Part shown: positions 30,001-45,000 of the stretch, one piece after another | Layout of the letters: every line of letters starts with the position of its first letter | Numbering within the stretch: position 1 is the stretch's first letter | NCBI GenBank assembly: GCA_040954595.2 | Contig: CM082590.2 | Span: 1,488,001-1,552,000 of the forward strand | Direction: 5' to 3' | Source of the DNA: Balanoglossus misakiensis | Taxonomy: Eukaryota > Animalia > Hemichordata | DNA length: 64,000 bases | Notes under the pieces: generated by a model | Seen by the model: the letters and a program-made list of their open reading frames with translations, nothing else | Database searches by the model: none | Told to the model about the DNA's origin: nothing | Translations under genes and position numbers: made by a program

Positions 30001-33000
30001 AACAGTCTCAGGAAGTAAGCTTTTAGCCTACTACATGGCACAAACAGTCTAAGGAAGTAAGCTTTTAGCCTACCAATGTAGCTATTATATTTTCCACTTT
30101 TTGTAAGTGAAGCCTGACTGTCGCCTGTCTTAGGTTACCAGTTCATAAGCGGTCTTACCCGTCAGTGGCACAAACAGTCTCAGGAAGTAAGCTTTTAGCC
30201 TACTACATGGCACAAACAGTTTAAGGAAGTAAGCTTTCAGCCTACCAATGTAGCTATTATATTTTCCACTTTTTGTAAGTGAAGCCTGACTCTCGCCTGT
30301 CTTAGGTCACCACTTCATAAGCGGTCTTACCCGTCATTGGCACAAACAGTCTAAGGAAGTAAGCTTTTAGCCTACCAATGTAGCTATTATATTTTCCACT
30401 TTTTGTAACTGAAGCCTGACTGTCACCTGTCTTAGGTCACCACTTCATAAGCGGTCTTACCCGTCATTGGCACAAACAGTGTCAGGAAGTAAGCTTTCAG
30501 CCTACCAATGTAGCTATTATATTTTCCACTTTTTGTAAGTGAAGCCTGACTGTCGCCTGTCTTAGGTCACCACTTCATAAGCAGTCTTACACGTCATTGG
30601 CACAAACAGTCTCAGGAAGTAATCTTTCAGCCTACCAATGTAGCTATTGTAATTTCCACTTTTTGTAAGTGAAGCCTGACTGTCGCCTGTCTTAGGTCAC
30701 CACGTCATAAGCGGTCTTACCCGTCATTGGCACAAACAGTCTCAGGAAGTAAGCTTTCAGCCTACCAATGTAGCTATTATATTTTCCACTTTTTGTAAGT
30801 GAAGCCTGACTGTCGCCTGTCTTAGGTCACCACTTCATAAGCGGTCTTACCCGTCATTGGCACAAACAGTCTCAGGAAATAAGCTTTCAGCCTACCAATG
30901 TAGCTATTGTATTTTCCACTTTTTGTAAGTGAAGCCTGACTGTCGCCTGTCTTAGGTTACCACTTCATAAGCGGTCTTACCCGTCATTGGCACAAATAGT
31001 CTAAGGAAGTAAGCTTTCAGCCTACCAATGTAGCTATTGTATTTTCCACTTTTTGTAAGTGAAGCCTGACTGTCGCCTGTCTTAGGTCACCACTTTATAA
31101 GCGGTCTTACCCGTCATTGGCACAAACAGTCTCAGGAAGTAAGCTTTCAGCCTACCAATGTAGCTATTATATTGTCCACTTTTTGTAAGTGAAGCCTGAC
31201 TGTCGCCTGTCTTAGGTCACCACTTCATAAGCGGTCTTACCCGTCATTGGCACAAACAGTCTCAGGAAGTAAGCTTTTAGCCTACTACATGGCACAATCA
31301 GTCTAAGGTCACCACTTCATAAGCGGTCTTACCCGTCATTGGCACAAACAGTCTCAGGAAGTAAGCTTTCAGCCTACCAATGTAGCTATTATATTTTCCA
31401 CTTTTTGTAAGTGAAGCCTGACTGTCGCCTGTCTTAGGTCACCACTTCATAAGAGGTCTTACACGTCATTGGCACAAACAGTCTCAGGAAGTAAGCTTTC
31501 AGCCTACCAATGTAGCTATTATATTTTCCACTTTTTGTAAGTGAAGCCTGACTGTCGCCTGTCTTAGGTCACCACTTCATAAGCAGTCTTACCCGTCATT
31601 GGCACAAACAGTCTCAGGAAGTAAGCTTTCAGCCTACCAATGTAGCTATTGTATTTTCCACTCTTTGTAAGTGAAGCCTGACTATCACCTGTCTTAGGTC
31701 ACCACTTTATAAGCGGTCTTACCCGTCATTGGCACAAACAGTCTCAGGAAGTAAGCTTTCAGCCTACCAATGTAGCTATTATATTTTCCACTTTTTGTAA
31801 GTGAAGCCTGACTGTCAACTGTCTTAGGTTACCACTTCATAAGCGGTCTTACCCGTCATTGGCACAAACAGTCTCAGGAAGTAAGCTTTCAGCCTACCAA
31901 TGTAGCTATTATATTTTCCACTTTTTGTAAGTGAAGACTGACTGTCGCCGGTCTTAGGTCACCACTTCAAAAGCGGTCTTACCCGTCATTGGCACAAACA
32001 GTCTCAGGAAGTAAGCTTTCAGCCTACCAATATAGCTATTGTATTTTCCACTCTTTGTAAGTGAAGCCTGACTATCGCCTGTCTTAGGTCACCACTTTAT
32101 AAGTGGTCTTACCCGTCATTGGCACAAACAGTCTCAGGAAGTAAGCTTTCAGCCTACCATTGTAGCTATTATATTTTCCACTTTTTGTAAGTGAAGCCTG
32201 ACTGTCGCCTGTCTTAGGTCACCACTTCATAAGCGGTCTTACCCGTCATTGGCACAAACAGTCTCAGGAAGTAAGCTTTCAGCCTACCAATGTAGCTATT
32301 GTATTTTCCACTTTTTGTAAGTGAAGCCTGACTGTCGCCTGTCTTAGGTCACCACTTCATAAGCGGTCTTACCCGTTATTGGCACAAACAGTCTCAGGAA
32401 GTAAGCTTTCAGCCTACCAATGTAGCTATTGTATTTTCCACTTTTTGTAAGTGAAGCCTGACTGTCGCCTGTCTTAGGTCACCACTTCATAAGCGGTCTT
32501 ACCCATTATTGGCACAAACAGTCTAAGGAAGTAAGCTTTCAGCCTACCTTTGTAGCTATTATATTTTCCACTTTTTGTAAGTGAAGCCTGACTGTCGCAT
32601 GTCTTAGGTCACCACTTCATAAGCGGTCTTACCCGTCATTGGCACAAACAGTCTAAGGAAGTAAGCTTTTAGCCTACCAATGTAGCTATTATATTTTCCA
32701 CTTTTTGTAAGTGAAGCCTGACTGTCGCCTGTCTTAGGTCACCACTTCATAAGCGGTCTTACCCGTCATTGGCACAAACAGTCTAAGGAAGTAAGCTTTT
32801 AGCCTACCAATGTAGCTATTATATTTTCCACTTTTTGTAAGTGAAGCCTGACTGTCACCTGTCTTAGGTTACCACTTTATAAGCGGTCTTACCCGTCATT
32901 GGCACAAACAGTCTCAGGAAGTAAGCTTTCAGCCTACCAATGTAGCTATTATATTTTCCACTTTTTGTAAGTGAAGACTGACTGTCGCCGGTCTTAGGTC

Positions 33001-36000
33001 ACCACTTCATAAGCGGTCTTACCCGTCATTGGCACAAACAGTCTCAGGAAGTAAGCTTTCAGCCTACCAATATAGCTATTGTATTTTCCACTCTTTGTAA
33101 GTGAAGCCTGACTATCGCCTGTCTTAGGTCACCACTTTATAAGTGGTCTTACCCGTCATTGGCACAAACAGTCTCAGGAAGTAAGCTTTCAGCCTACCAT
33201 TGTAGCTATTATATTTTCCACTTTTTGTAAGTGAAGCCTGACTGTCGCCTGTCTTAGGTCACCACTTCATAAGCGGTCTTACCCGTCATTGGCACAAACA
33301 ATCTCAGGAAGTAAGCTTTCAGCCTACCAATGTAGCTATTGTATTTTCCACTTTTTGTAAGTGAAGCCTGACTGTCGCCTGTCTTAGGTCACCACTTCAT
33401 AAGCGGTCTTACCCGTCATTGGCACAAACAGTCTAAGGAAGTTAGCTTTTAGCCTACCAATGTAGCTATTATATTTTCCACTTTTTGTAAGTGAAGCCTG
33501 ACTGTCGCCTGTGTTAGGTCACCACTTCATCAGCGGTCTTACCCGTCATTGGCACAAACAGTCTCAGGAAGTAAGCTTTCAGCCTACCAATGTAGCTATT
33601 ATATTTTCCACTTTTTGTAAGTGAAGCCTGACTGTCGCCTGTCTTAGGTCACCACTTCATAAGCGGTCTTACCCGTCATTGGCACAAACAGTCTCAGGAA
33701 GTAAGCTTTCATCCTACCAATGTAGCTATTGTATTTTCCACTTTTTGTAAGTGAAGCCTGACTGTCGCCTGTCTTAGGTCACCACTTCATAAGCGGTCTT
33801 ACCCGTCATTGGCACAAACAGTCTAAGGAAGTAAGCTTTCAGCCTACCAAAGTAGCTATTATATTTTCCACTTTTTGTAAGTGAAGCCTGACTGTCGCCT
33901 GTCTTAGGTCACCACTTCATAAGCGGTCTTACCCGTCATTGGCACAAACAGTCTCAGGAAGTAAGCTTTCAGCCTACCAATGTAGCTATTGTATTTACCA
34001 CTGTTTGTAAGTGAAGCCTGACTGTCACCTGTCTTAGGTCACCACTTCATAAGCGGTCTTACCCGTCATTGGCACAAACAGTCTCAGGAAGTAAGATTTC
34101 AGCCTACCAATGTAGCTATTATATTTTCCACTTTTTGTAAGTGAAGCCTGACTGTCGCCTGTGTTAGGTCACCACTTCATAAGCGGTCTTACCCGTCTTT
34201 GGCACAAACAGTCTCAGGAAGTAAGCTTTCAGCCTACCAATGTAGCTATTATATTTTCCACTTTTTGTAAGTGAAGCCTGACTGTCGCCTGTCTTAGGTC
34301 ACCACTTCATCAGCGTTCTTACCCGTCATTGGCACAAACAGTGTCAGGAAGTAAGCTTTCAGCCTACCAATGTAGCTATTATATTTTCCACTTTTTGTAA
34401 GTGAAGCCTGACTGTCGCCTGTCTTAGGTCACCACTTCATAAGCAGTCTTACCCGTCATTGGCACAAACAGTCTCAGGAAGTAAGCTTTCAGCCTACCAA
34501 TGTAGCTATTATATTTTCCACTCTTTGTAAGTGAAGCCTGACTGTCGCCTGTCTTAGGTCACCACTTCATAAGCAGTCTTACCCGTCATTGGCACAAACA
34601 GTCTCAGGAAGTAAGCTTTCAGCCTACCAATGTAGCTATTGTATTTTCCACTCTTTGTAAGTGAAGCCTGACTATCACCTGTCTTAGGTCACCACTTTAT
34701 AAGCGGTCTTACCCGTCATTGGCACAAACAGTCTCAGGAAGTAAGCTTTCAACCTACCAATGTAGCTATTATATTTTCCACTGTTTGTAAGTGAAGCCTG
34801 ACTGTCACCTGTCTTAGGTCACCACTTCATAAGCGGTCTTACCCGTCATTGGCACAAACAGTCTCAGGAAGTAAGCTTTCAGCCTACCAATGTAGCTATT
34901 ATATTTTCCACTTTTTGTAAGTGAAGACTGACTGTCGCCGGTCTTAGGTCACCACTTCATAAGCGGTCTTACCCGTCATTGGCACAAACAGTCTCAGGAA
35001 GTAAGCTTTCAGCCTACCAATGTAGCTATTGTATTTTCCACTCTTTGTAAGTGAAGCCTGACTGTCGCCGGTCTTAGGTCACCACTTCATAAGCGGTCTT
35101 ACCCGTCATTGGCACAAACAGTCTCAGGAAGTAAGCTTTCAGCCTACCAATATAGCTATTGTATTTTCCACTCTTTGTAAGTGAAGCCTGACTGTCGCCT
35201 GTCTTAGGTCACCACTTTATAAGTGGTCTTACCCGTCATTGGCACAAACAGTCTCAGGAAGTAAGCTTTCAGCCTACCATTGTAGCTATTATATTTTCCA
35301 CTTTTTGTAAGTGAAGCCTGACTGTCGCCTGTCTTAGGTCACCACTTCATAAGCGGTCTTACCCGTCATTGGCACAAACAGTCTAAGGAAGTAAGCTTTC
35401 AGCCTACCAAAGTAGCTATTGTATTTTCCACTTTTTGTAAGTGAAGCCTGACTGTCGCCTGTCTTAGGTCACCACTTCATAAGCGGTCTTACCCGTCATT
35501 GGCACAAGCAGTCTCAGGAAGTAAGCTTTCAGCCTACCAATGTAGCTATTGTATTTTCCACTGTTTGTAAGTGAAGCCTGACTGTCACCTGTCTTAGGTC
35601 ACCACTTCATAAGCGGTCTTACCCGTCATTGGCATAAACAGTCTCAGGAAGTAAGATTTCAGCCTACCAATGTAGCTATTATATTTTCCACTTTTTGTAA
35701 GTGAAGCCTGACTGTCGCCTGTCTTAGGTCACCACTTCATAAGCGGTCTTACCCGTCATTGGCACAAACAGTCTCAGGAAGGAAGCTTTCAGCCTACCAA
35801 TGTAGCTATTATATTTTCCACTTTTTGTAAGTGAAGCCTGACTGTCGCCTGTCTTAGGTCACCACTTCATCAGCGTTATTACCCGTCATTGGCACAAACA
35901 GTGTCAGGAAGTAAGCTTTCAGCCTACCAATGTAGCTATTATATTTTCCACTTTTTGTAAGTGAAGCCTGACTGTCGCCTGTCTTAGGTCACAACTTCAT

Positions 36001-39000
36001 AAGCGGTCTTACCCGTCATTGGCACAAACAGTCTCAGGAAGTAAGATTTCAGCCTACCAATGTACCTATTATATTTTCCACTTTTTGTAAGTGAAGCCTG
36101 ACTGTCGCCTGTGTTAGGTCACCACTTCATAAGCGGTCTTACCCGTCATTGGCACAAACAGTCTCAGGAAGTAAGCTTTCAGCCTACCAATGTAGCTATT
36201 ATATTTTCCACTTTTTGTAAGTGAAGCCTGACTGTCGCCTGTCTTAGGTCACCACTTCATAAGCGGTCTTACCCGTCATTGGCACAAACAGTCTCAGGAA
36301 GTAAGCTTTCAGCCTACCAATGTCGCTATTATATTTTCCACTTTTTGTAAGTGAAGCCTGACTGTCGCCTGTCTTAGGTCACCACTTCATCAGCGTTCTT
36401 ACACGTCATTGGCACAAACAGTGTCAGGAAGTAAGCTTTCAGCCTACCAATGTAGCTATTATATTTTCCACTTTTTGTAAGTGAAGCCTGACTGTCGCCT
36501 GTCTTAGGTCACCACTTCATAAGCAGTCTTACCCGTCATTGGCACAAACAGTCTCAGGAAGTAAGCTTTCAGCCTACCAATGTAGCTATTGTATTTTCCA
36601 CTCTTTGTAAGTGAAGCCTGACTATCACCTGTCTTAGGTCACCACTTTATAAGCGGTCTTACCCGTCATTGGCACAAACAGTCTCAGGAAGTAAGCTTTC
36701 AGCCTACCAATGTAGCTATTATATTTTCCACTTTTTGTAAGTGAAGCCTGACTGTCAACTGTCTTAGGTTACCACTTTATAAGCGGTCTTACCCGTCATT
36801 GGCACAAACAGTCTCAGGAAGTAAGCTTTCAGCCTACCAATGTAGCTATTATATTTTCCACTGTTTGTAAGTGAAGCCTGACTGTCACCCGTCTTAGGTC
36901 ACCACTTCATAAGCGGTCTTACCCGTCATTGGCACAAACAGTCTCAGGAAGTAAGCTTTCAGCCTACCAATATAGCTATTGTATTTTCCACTCTTTGTAA
37001 GTGAAGCCTGACTATCGCCTGTCTTAGGTCACCACTTTATAAGTGGTCTTACCCGTCATTGGCACAAACAGTCTCAGGAAGTAAGCTTTCAGCCTACCAT
37101 TGTAGCTATTATATTTTCCACTTTTTGTAAGTGAAGCCTGACTGTCGCCTGTCTTAGGTCACCACTTCATAAGCGGTCTTACCCGTCATTGGCACAAACA
37201 GTCTCAGGAAGTAAGCTTTCAGCCTACCAATGTAGCTATTGTATTTTCCACTTTTTGTAAGTGAAGCCTGACTGTCGCCTGTCTTAGGTCACCACTTCAT
37301 AAGCGGTCTTACCCGTTATTGGCACAAACAGTCTAAGGAAGTAAGCTTTCAGCCTACCTATGTAGCTATTATATTTTCCACTTTTTGTAAGTGAAGCCTG
37401 ACTGTCGCCTGTCTTAGGTCACCACTTCATAAGCGGTCTTACCCGTCATTGGCACAAACAGTCTAAGGAAGTAAGCTTTTAGCCTACCAATGTAGCTATT
37501 ATATTTTCCACTTTTTGTAAGTGAAGCCTGACTGTCGCCTGTCTTAGGTCACCACTTCATAAGCGGTCTTACCCGTCATTGGCACAAACAGTCTAAGGAA
37601 GTAAGCTTTTAGCCTACCAATGTAGCTATTATATTTTCCACTTTTTGTAAGTGAAGCCTGACTGTCACCTGCCTTAGGTTACCACTTCATAAGCGGTCTT
37701 ACCCGTCATTGGCACAAACAGTCTCAGGAAGTAAGCTTTCAGCCTACCAATGTAGCTATTATATTTTCCACTTTTTGTAAGTGAAGACTGACTGTCGCCG
37801 GTCTTAGGTCACCACTTCATAAGCGGTCTTACCCGTCATTGGCACAAACAGTCTCAGGAAGTAAGCTTTCAGCCTACCAATATAGCTATTGTATTTTCCA
37901 CTCTTTGTAAGTGAAGCCTGACTATCGCCTGTCTTAGGTCACCACTTTATAAGTGGTCTTACCCGTCATTGGCACAAACAGTCTCAGGAAGTAAGCTTTC
38001 AGCCTACCATTGTAGCTATTATATTTTCCACTTTTTGTAAGTGAAGCCTGACTGTCGCCTGTCTTAGGTCACCACTTCATAAGCGGTCTTACCCGTTATT
38101 GGCACAAACAGTCTAAGGAAGTAAGCTTTCAGCCTACCAATGTAGCTATTATATTTTCCACTTTTTGTAAGTGAAGCCTGACTGTCGCCTGTCTTAGGTC
38201 ACCACTTCATAAGCGGTCTTACCCGTCATTGGCACAAACCGTCTAAGGAAGTAAGCTTTCAGCCTACCAAAGTAGCTATTGTATTTTCCACTGTTTGTAA
38301 GTGAAGCCTGACTGTCGCCTGTCTTAGGTCACCACTTCATAAGCGGTCTTACCCGTCATTGGCACAAACAGTCTCAGGAAGTAAGCTTTCAGCCTACCAA
38401 TGTAGCTATTATATTTTCCACTTTTTGTAAGTGAAGCCTGACTGTCGCCTGTCTTAGGTCACCACTTCATAAGCGGTCTTACCCGTCATTGGCACAAACA
38501 GTCTCAGGAAGTAAGCTTTCAGCCTACCAATGTAGCTATTATATTTTCCACTTTTTGTAAGTGAAGCCTGACTGTCGCCTGTCTTAGGTCACCACTTCAT
38601 CAGCGTTCTTACCCGTCATTGGCACAAACAGTGTCAGGAAGTAAGCTTTCAGCCTACCAATGTAGCTATTATATTTTCCACTTTTTGTAAGTGAAGCCTG
38701 ACTGTCGCCTGTCTTAGGTCACCACTTCATAAGCAGTCTTACCCGTCATTGGCACAAACAGTCTCAGGAAGTAAGCTTTCAGCCTACCAATGTAGCTATT
38801 GTATTTTCCACTCTTTGTAAGTGAAGCCTGACTATCACCTGTCTTAGGTCACCACTTTATAAGCGGTCTTACCCGTCATTGGCACAAACAGTCTCAGGAA
38901 GTAAGCTTTCAGCCTACCAATGTAGCTATTATATTTTCCACTTTTTGTAAGTGAAGCCTGACTGTCGCCTGTCTTAGGTCACCACTTCATAAGCGGTCTT

Positions 39001-42000
39001 ACCCGTCATTGGCACAAACCGTCTAAGGAAGTAAGCTTTCAGCCTACCAAAGTAGCTATTGTATTTTCCACTGTTTGTAAGTGAAGCCTGACTGTCGCCT
39101 GTCTTAGGTCACCACTTCATAAGCGGTCTTACCCGTCATTGGCACAAACAGTCTCAGGAAGTAAGCTTTCAGCCTACCAATGTAGCTATTATATTTTCCA
39201 CTTTTTGTAAGTGAAGCCTGACTGTCGCCTGTCTTAGGTCACCACTTCATAAGCGGTCTTACCCGTCATTGGCACAAACAGTCTCAGGAAGTAAGCTTTC
39301 AGCCTACCAATGTAGCTATTATATTTTCCACTTTTTGTAAGTGAAGCCTGACTGTCGCCTGTCTTAGGTCACCACTTCATCAGCGTTCTTACCCGTCATT
39401 GGCACAAACAGTGTCAGGAAGTAAGCTTTCAGCCTACCAATGTAGCTATTATATTTTCCACTTTTTGTAAGTGAAGCCTGACTGTCGCCTGTCTTAGGTC
39501 ACCACTTCATAAGCAGTCTTACCCGTCATTGGCACAAACAGTCTCAGGAAGTAAGCTTTCAGCCTACCAATGTAGCTATTGTATTTTCCACTCTTTGTAA
39601 GTGAAGCCTGACTATCACCTGTCTTAGGTCACCACTTTATAAGCGGTCTTACCCGTCATTGGCACAAACAGTCTCAGGAAGTAAGCTTTCAGCCTACCAA
39701 TGTAGCTATTATATTTTCCACTTTTTGTAAGTGAAGCCTGACTGTCAACTGTCTTAGGTTACCACTTCATAAGCGGTCTTACCCGTCATTGGCACAAACA
39801 GTCTCAGGAAGTAAGCTTTCAGCCTACCAATGTAGCTATTATATTTTCCACTTTTTGTAAGTGAAGACTGACTGTCGCCAGTCTTAGGTCACCACTTCAT
39901 AAGCGGTCTTACCCGTCATTGGCACAAACAGTCTCAGGAAGTAAGCTTTCAGCCTACCAATATCGCTATTGTATTTTCCACTCTTTGTAAGTGAAGCCTG
40001 ACTATCGCCTGTCTTAGGTCACCACTTTATAAGTGGTCTTACCCGTCATTGGCACAAACAGTCTCAGGAAGTAAGCTTTCAGCCTACCATTGTAGCTATT
40101 ATATTTTCCACTTTTTGTAAGTGAAGCCTGACTGTCGCCTGTCTTAGGTCACCACTTCATAAGCGGTCTTACCCGTCATTGGCACAAACAGTCTCAGGAA
40201 GTAAGCTTTCAGCCTACCAATGTAGCTATTGTATTTTCCACTTTTTGTAAGTGAAGCCTGACTGTCGCCTGTCTTAGGTCACCACTTCATAAGCGGTCTT
40301 ACCCGTTATTGGCACAAACAGTCTCAGGAAGTAAGCTTTCAGCCTACCAATGTAGCTATTGTATTTTCCACTTTTTGTAAGTGAAGCCTGACTGTCGCCT
40401 GTCTTAGGTCACCACTTCATAAGCGGTCTTACCCGTTATTGGCACAAACAGTCTAAGGAAGTAAGCTTTCAGCCTACCTATGTAGCTATTATATTTTCCA
40501 CTTTTTGTAAGTGAAGCCTGACTGTCGCCTGTCTTAGGTCACCACTTCATAAGCGGTCTTACCCGTCATTGGCACAAACAGTCTAAGGAAGTAAGCTTTT
40601 AGCCTACCAATGTAGCTATTATATTTTCCACTTTTTGTAAGTGAAGCCTGACTGTCGCCTTTCTTAGGTCACCACTTCATAAGCGGTCTTACCCGTCATT
40701 GGCACAAACAGTCTAAGGAAGTAAGCTTTTAGCCTACCAATGTAGCTATTATATTTTCCAGTTTTTGTAAGTGAAGCCTGACTGTCACCTGTCTTAGGTT
40801 ACCACTTCATAAGCGGTCTTACCCGTCATTGGCACAAACAGTCTCAGGAAGTAAGCTTTCAGCCTACCAATGTAGCTATTATATTTTCCACTTTTTGTAA
40901 GTGAAGACTGACTGTCGCCGGTCTTAGGTCACCACTTCATAAGCGGTCTTACCCGTCATTGGCACAAACAGTCTCAGGAAGTAAGCTTTCAGCCTACCAA
41001 TATAGCTATTGTATTTTCCACTCTTTGTAAGTGAAGCCTGACTATCGCCTGTCTTAGGTCACCACTTTATAAGTGGTCTTACCCGTCATTGGCACAAACA
41101 GTCTCAGGAAGTAAGCTTTCAGCCTACCATTCTAGCTATTATATTTTCCACTTTTTGTAAGTGAAGCCTGACTGTCGCCTGTCTTAGGTCACCACTTCAT
41201 AAGCGGTCTTACCCGTCATTGGCACAAACAATCTCAGGAAGTAAGCTTTCAGCCTACCAATGTAGCTATTGTATTTTCCACTTTTTGTAAGTGAAGCCTG
41301 ACTGTCGCCTGTCTTAGGTCACCACTTCATAAGCGGTCTTACCCGTTATTGGCACAAACAGTCTAAGGAAGTAAGCTTTCAGCCTACCAATGTAGCTATT
41401 ATATTTTCCACTTTTTGTAAGTGAAGCCTGACTGTCGCCTGTCTTAGGTCACCACTTCATAAGCGGTCTTACCCGTCATTGGCACAAACAGTCTAAGGAA
41501 GTAAGCTTTCAGCCTACCAATTTAGCTATTCTATTTTCCACTTTTTGTAAGTGAAGCCTGACTGTCGCCTGTCTTAGGTCACCACTTCATAAGCGGTCTT
41601 ACCCGTCATTGGCACAAACAGTCTCAGGAAGTAAGCTTTCAGCCTACCAATGTAGCTATTATATTTTCCACTTTTTGTAAGTGAAGACTGACTGTCGCCG
41701 GTCTTAGGTCACCACTTCATAAGCGGTCTTACCCGTCATTGGCACAAACAGTCTCAGGAAGTAAGCTTTCAGCCTACCAATATAGCTATTGTATTTTCCA
41801 CTCTTTGTAAGTGAAGCCTGACTATCGCCTGTCTTAGGTCACCACTTTATAAGTGGTCTTACCCGTCATTGGCACAAACAGTCTCAGGAAGTAAGCTTTC
41901 AGCCTACCATTGTAGCTATTATATTTTCCACTTTTTGTAAGTGAAGCCTGACTGTCGCCTGTCTTAGGTCACCACTTCATAAGCGGTCTTACCCGTCATT

Positions 42001-45000
42001 GGCACAAACAATCTCAGGAAGTAAGCTTTCAGCCTACCAATGTAGCTATTGTATTTTCCACTTTTTGTAAGTGAAGCCTGACTGTCGCCTGTCTTAGGTC
42101 ACCACTTCATAAGCGGTCTTACCCGTTATTGGCACAAACAGTCTAAGGAAGTAAGCTTTCAGCCTACCAATGTAGCTATTATATTTTCCACTTTTTGTAA
42201 GTGAAGCCTGACTGTCGCCTGTCTTAGGTCACCACTTCATAAGCGGTCTTACCCGTCATTGGCACAAACAGTCTAAGGAAGTAAGCTTTCAGCCTACCAA
42301 TTTAGCTATTCTATTTTCCACTTTTTGTAAGTGAAGCCTGACTGTCGCCTGTCTTAGGTCACCACTTCATAAGCGGTCTTACCCGTCATTGGCACAAACA
42401 GTCTCAGGAAGTAAGCTTTCAGCCTACCAATGTAGCTATTATATTTTCCACTTTTTGTAAGTGAAGACTGACTGTCGCCGGTCTTAGGTCACCACTTCAT
42501 AAGCGGTCTTACCCGTCATTGGCACAAACAGTCTCAGGAAGTAAGCTTTCAGCCTACCAATATAGCTATTGTATTTTCCACTCTTTGTAAGTGAAGCCTG
42601 ACTATCGCCTGTCTTAGGTCACCACTTTATAAGTGGTCTTACCCGTCATTGGCACAAACAGTCTCAGGAAGTAAGCTTTCAGCCTACCATTGTAGCTATT
42701 ATATTTTCCACTTTTTGTAAGTGAAGCCTGACTGTCGCCTGTCTTAGGTCACCACTTCATAAGCGGTCTTACCCGTCATTGGCACAAACAATCTCAGGAA
42801 GTAAGCTTTCAGCCTACCAATGTAGCTATTGTATTTTCCACTTTTTGTAAGTGAAGCCTGACTGTCGCCTGTCTTAGGTCACCACTTCATAAGCGGTCTT
42901 ACCCGTTATTGGCACAAACAGTCTAAGGAAGTAAGCTTTCAGCCTACCAATGTAGCTATTATATTTTCCACTTTTTGTAAGTGAAGCCTGACTGTCGCCT
43001 GTCTTAGGTCACCACTTCATAAGCGGTCTTACCCGTCATTGGCACAAACAGTCTAAGGAAGTAAGCTTTCAGCCTACCAATTTAGCTATTCTATTTTCCA
43101 CTTTTTGTAAGTGAAGCCTGACTGTCGCCTGTCTTAGGTCACCACTTCATAAGAGGTCTTACCCGTCATTGGCACAAACAGTCTCAGGAAGTAAGCTTTC
43201 AGCCTACCAATGTAGCTATTGTATTTTCCACTTTTTGTAAGTGAAGCCTGACTGTCGCCTGTCTTAGGTCACCACTTCATAAGCGGTCTTACCCGTTATT
43301 GGCACAAACAGTCTAAGGAAGTAAGCTTTCAGCCTACCTATGTAGCTATTATATTTTCCACTTTTTGTAAGTGAAGCCTGACTGTCGCCTGTCTTAGGTC
43401 ACCACTTCATAAGCGGTCTTACCCTTCATTGGCACAAACAGTCTAAGGAAGTAAGCTTTTAGCCTACCAATGTAGCTATTATATTTTCCACTTTTTGTAA
43501 GTGAAGCCTGACTGTCGCCTGTCTTAGGTCACCACTTCATAAGCGGTCTTACCCGTCATTGGCACAAACAGTCTAAGGAAGTAAGCTTTTAGCCTACCAA
43601 TGTAGCTATTATATTTTCCACTTTTTGTAAGTGAAGCCTGACTGTCACCTGTCTTAGGTTACCACTTCATAAGCGGTCTTACCCGTCATTGGCACAAACA
43701 GTCTCAGGAAGTAAGCTTTCAGCCTACCAATGTAGCTATTATATTTTCCACTTTTTGTAAGTGAAGACTGACTGTCGCCGGTCTTAGGTCACCACTTCAT
43801 AAGCGGTCTTACCCGTCATTGGCACAAACAGTCTCAGGAAGTAAGCTTTCAGCCTACCAATATAGCTATTGTATTTTCCACTCTTTGTAAGTGAAGCCTG
43901 ACTATCGCCTGTCTTAGGTCACCACTTTATAAGTGGTCTTACCCGTCATTGGCACAAACAGTCTCAGGAAGTAAGCTTTCAGCCTACCATTGTAGCTATT
44001 ATATTTTCCACTTTTTGTAAGTGAAGCCTGACTGTCGCCTGTCTTAGGTCACCACTTCATAAGCGGTCTTACCCGTCATTGGCACAAACAATCTCAGGAA
44101 GTAAGCTTTCAGCCTACCAATGTAGCTATTGTATTTTCCACTTTTTGTAAGTGAAGCCTGACTGTCGCCTGTCTTAGGTCACCACTTCATAAGCGGTCTT
44201 ACCCGTTATTGGCACAAACAGTCTAAGGAAGTAAGCTTTCAGCCTACCAATGTAGCTATTATATTTTCCACTTTTTGTAAGTGAAGCCTGACTGTCGCCT
44301 GTCTTAGGTCACCACTTCATAAGCGGTCTTACCCGTCATTGGCACAAACAGTCTAAGGAAGTAAGCTTTTAGCCTACCAATGTAGCTATTATATTTTCCA
44401 CTTTTTGTAAGTGAAGCCTGACTGTCGCCTGTCTTAGGTCACCACTTCATAAGCGGTCTTACCCGTCATTGGCACAAACAGTCTAAGGAAGTAAGCTTTT
44501 AGCCTACCAATGTAGCTATTATATTTTCCACTTTTTGTAAGTGAAGCCTGACTGTCGCCTGTCTTAGGTCACCACTTCATAAGCGGTCTTACCCGTCATT
44601 GGCACAAACAGTCTAAGGAAGTAAGCTTTTAGCCTACCAATGTAGCTATTGTATTTTCCACTGTTTGTAAGTGAAGCCTGACTGTCACCTGTCTTAGGTC
44701 ACCATTTCATAAGCGGTCTTACCCGTCATTGGCACAAACAGTCTAAGGAAGTAAGCTTTCAGCATACCAATGTAGCTATTGTATTTTCCACTGTTTGTAA
44801 GTGAAGCCTGACTGTCACCTGTCTTAGGTTACCACTTCATAAGCGGTCTTACCCGTCATTGGCACAAACAGTCTCAGGAAGTAAGCTTTCAGCCTACCAA
44901 TGTAGCTATTATATTTTCCACTTTTTGTAAGTGAAGACTGACTGTCGCCGGTCTTAGGTCACCACTTTATAAGTGGTCTTACCCGTCATTGGCACAAACA

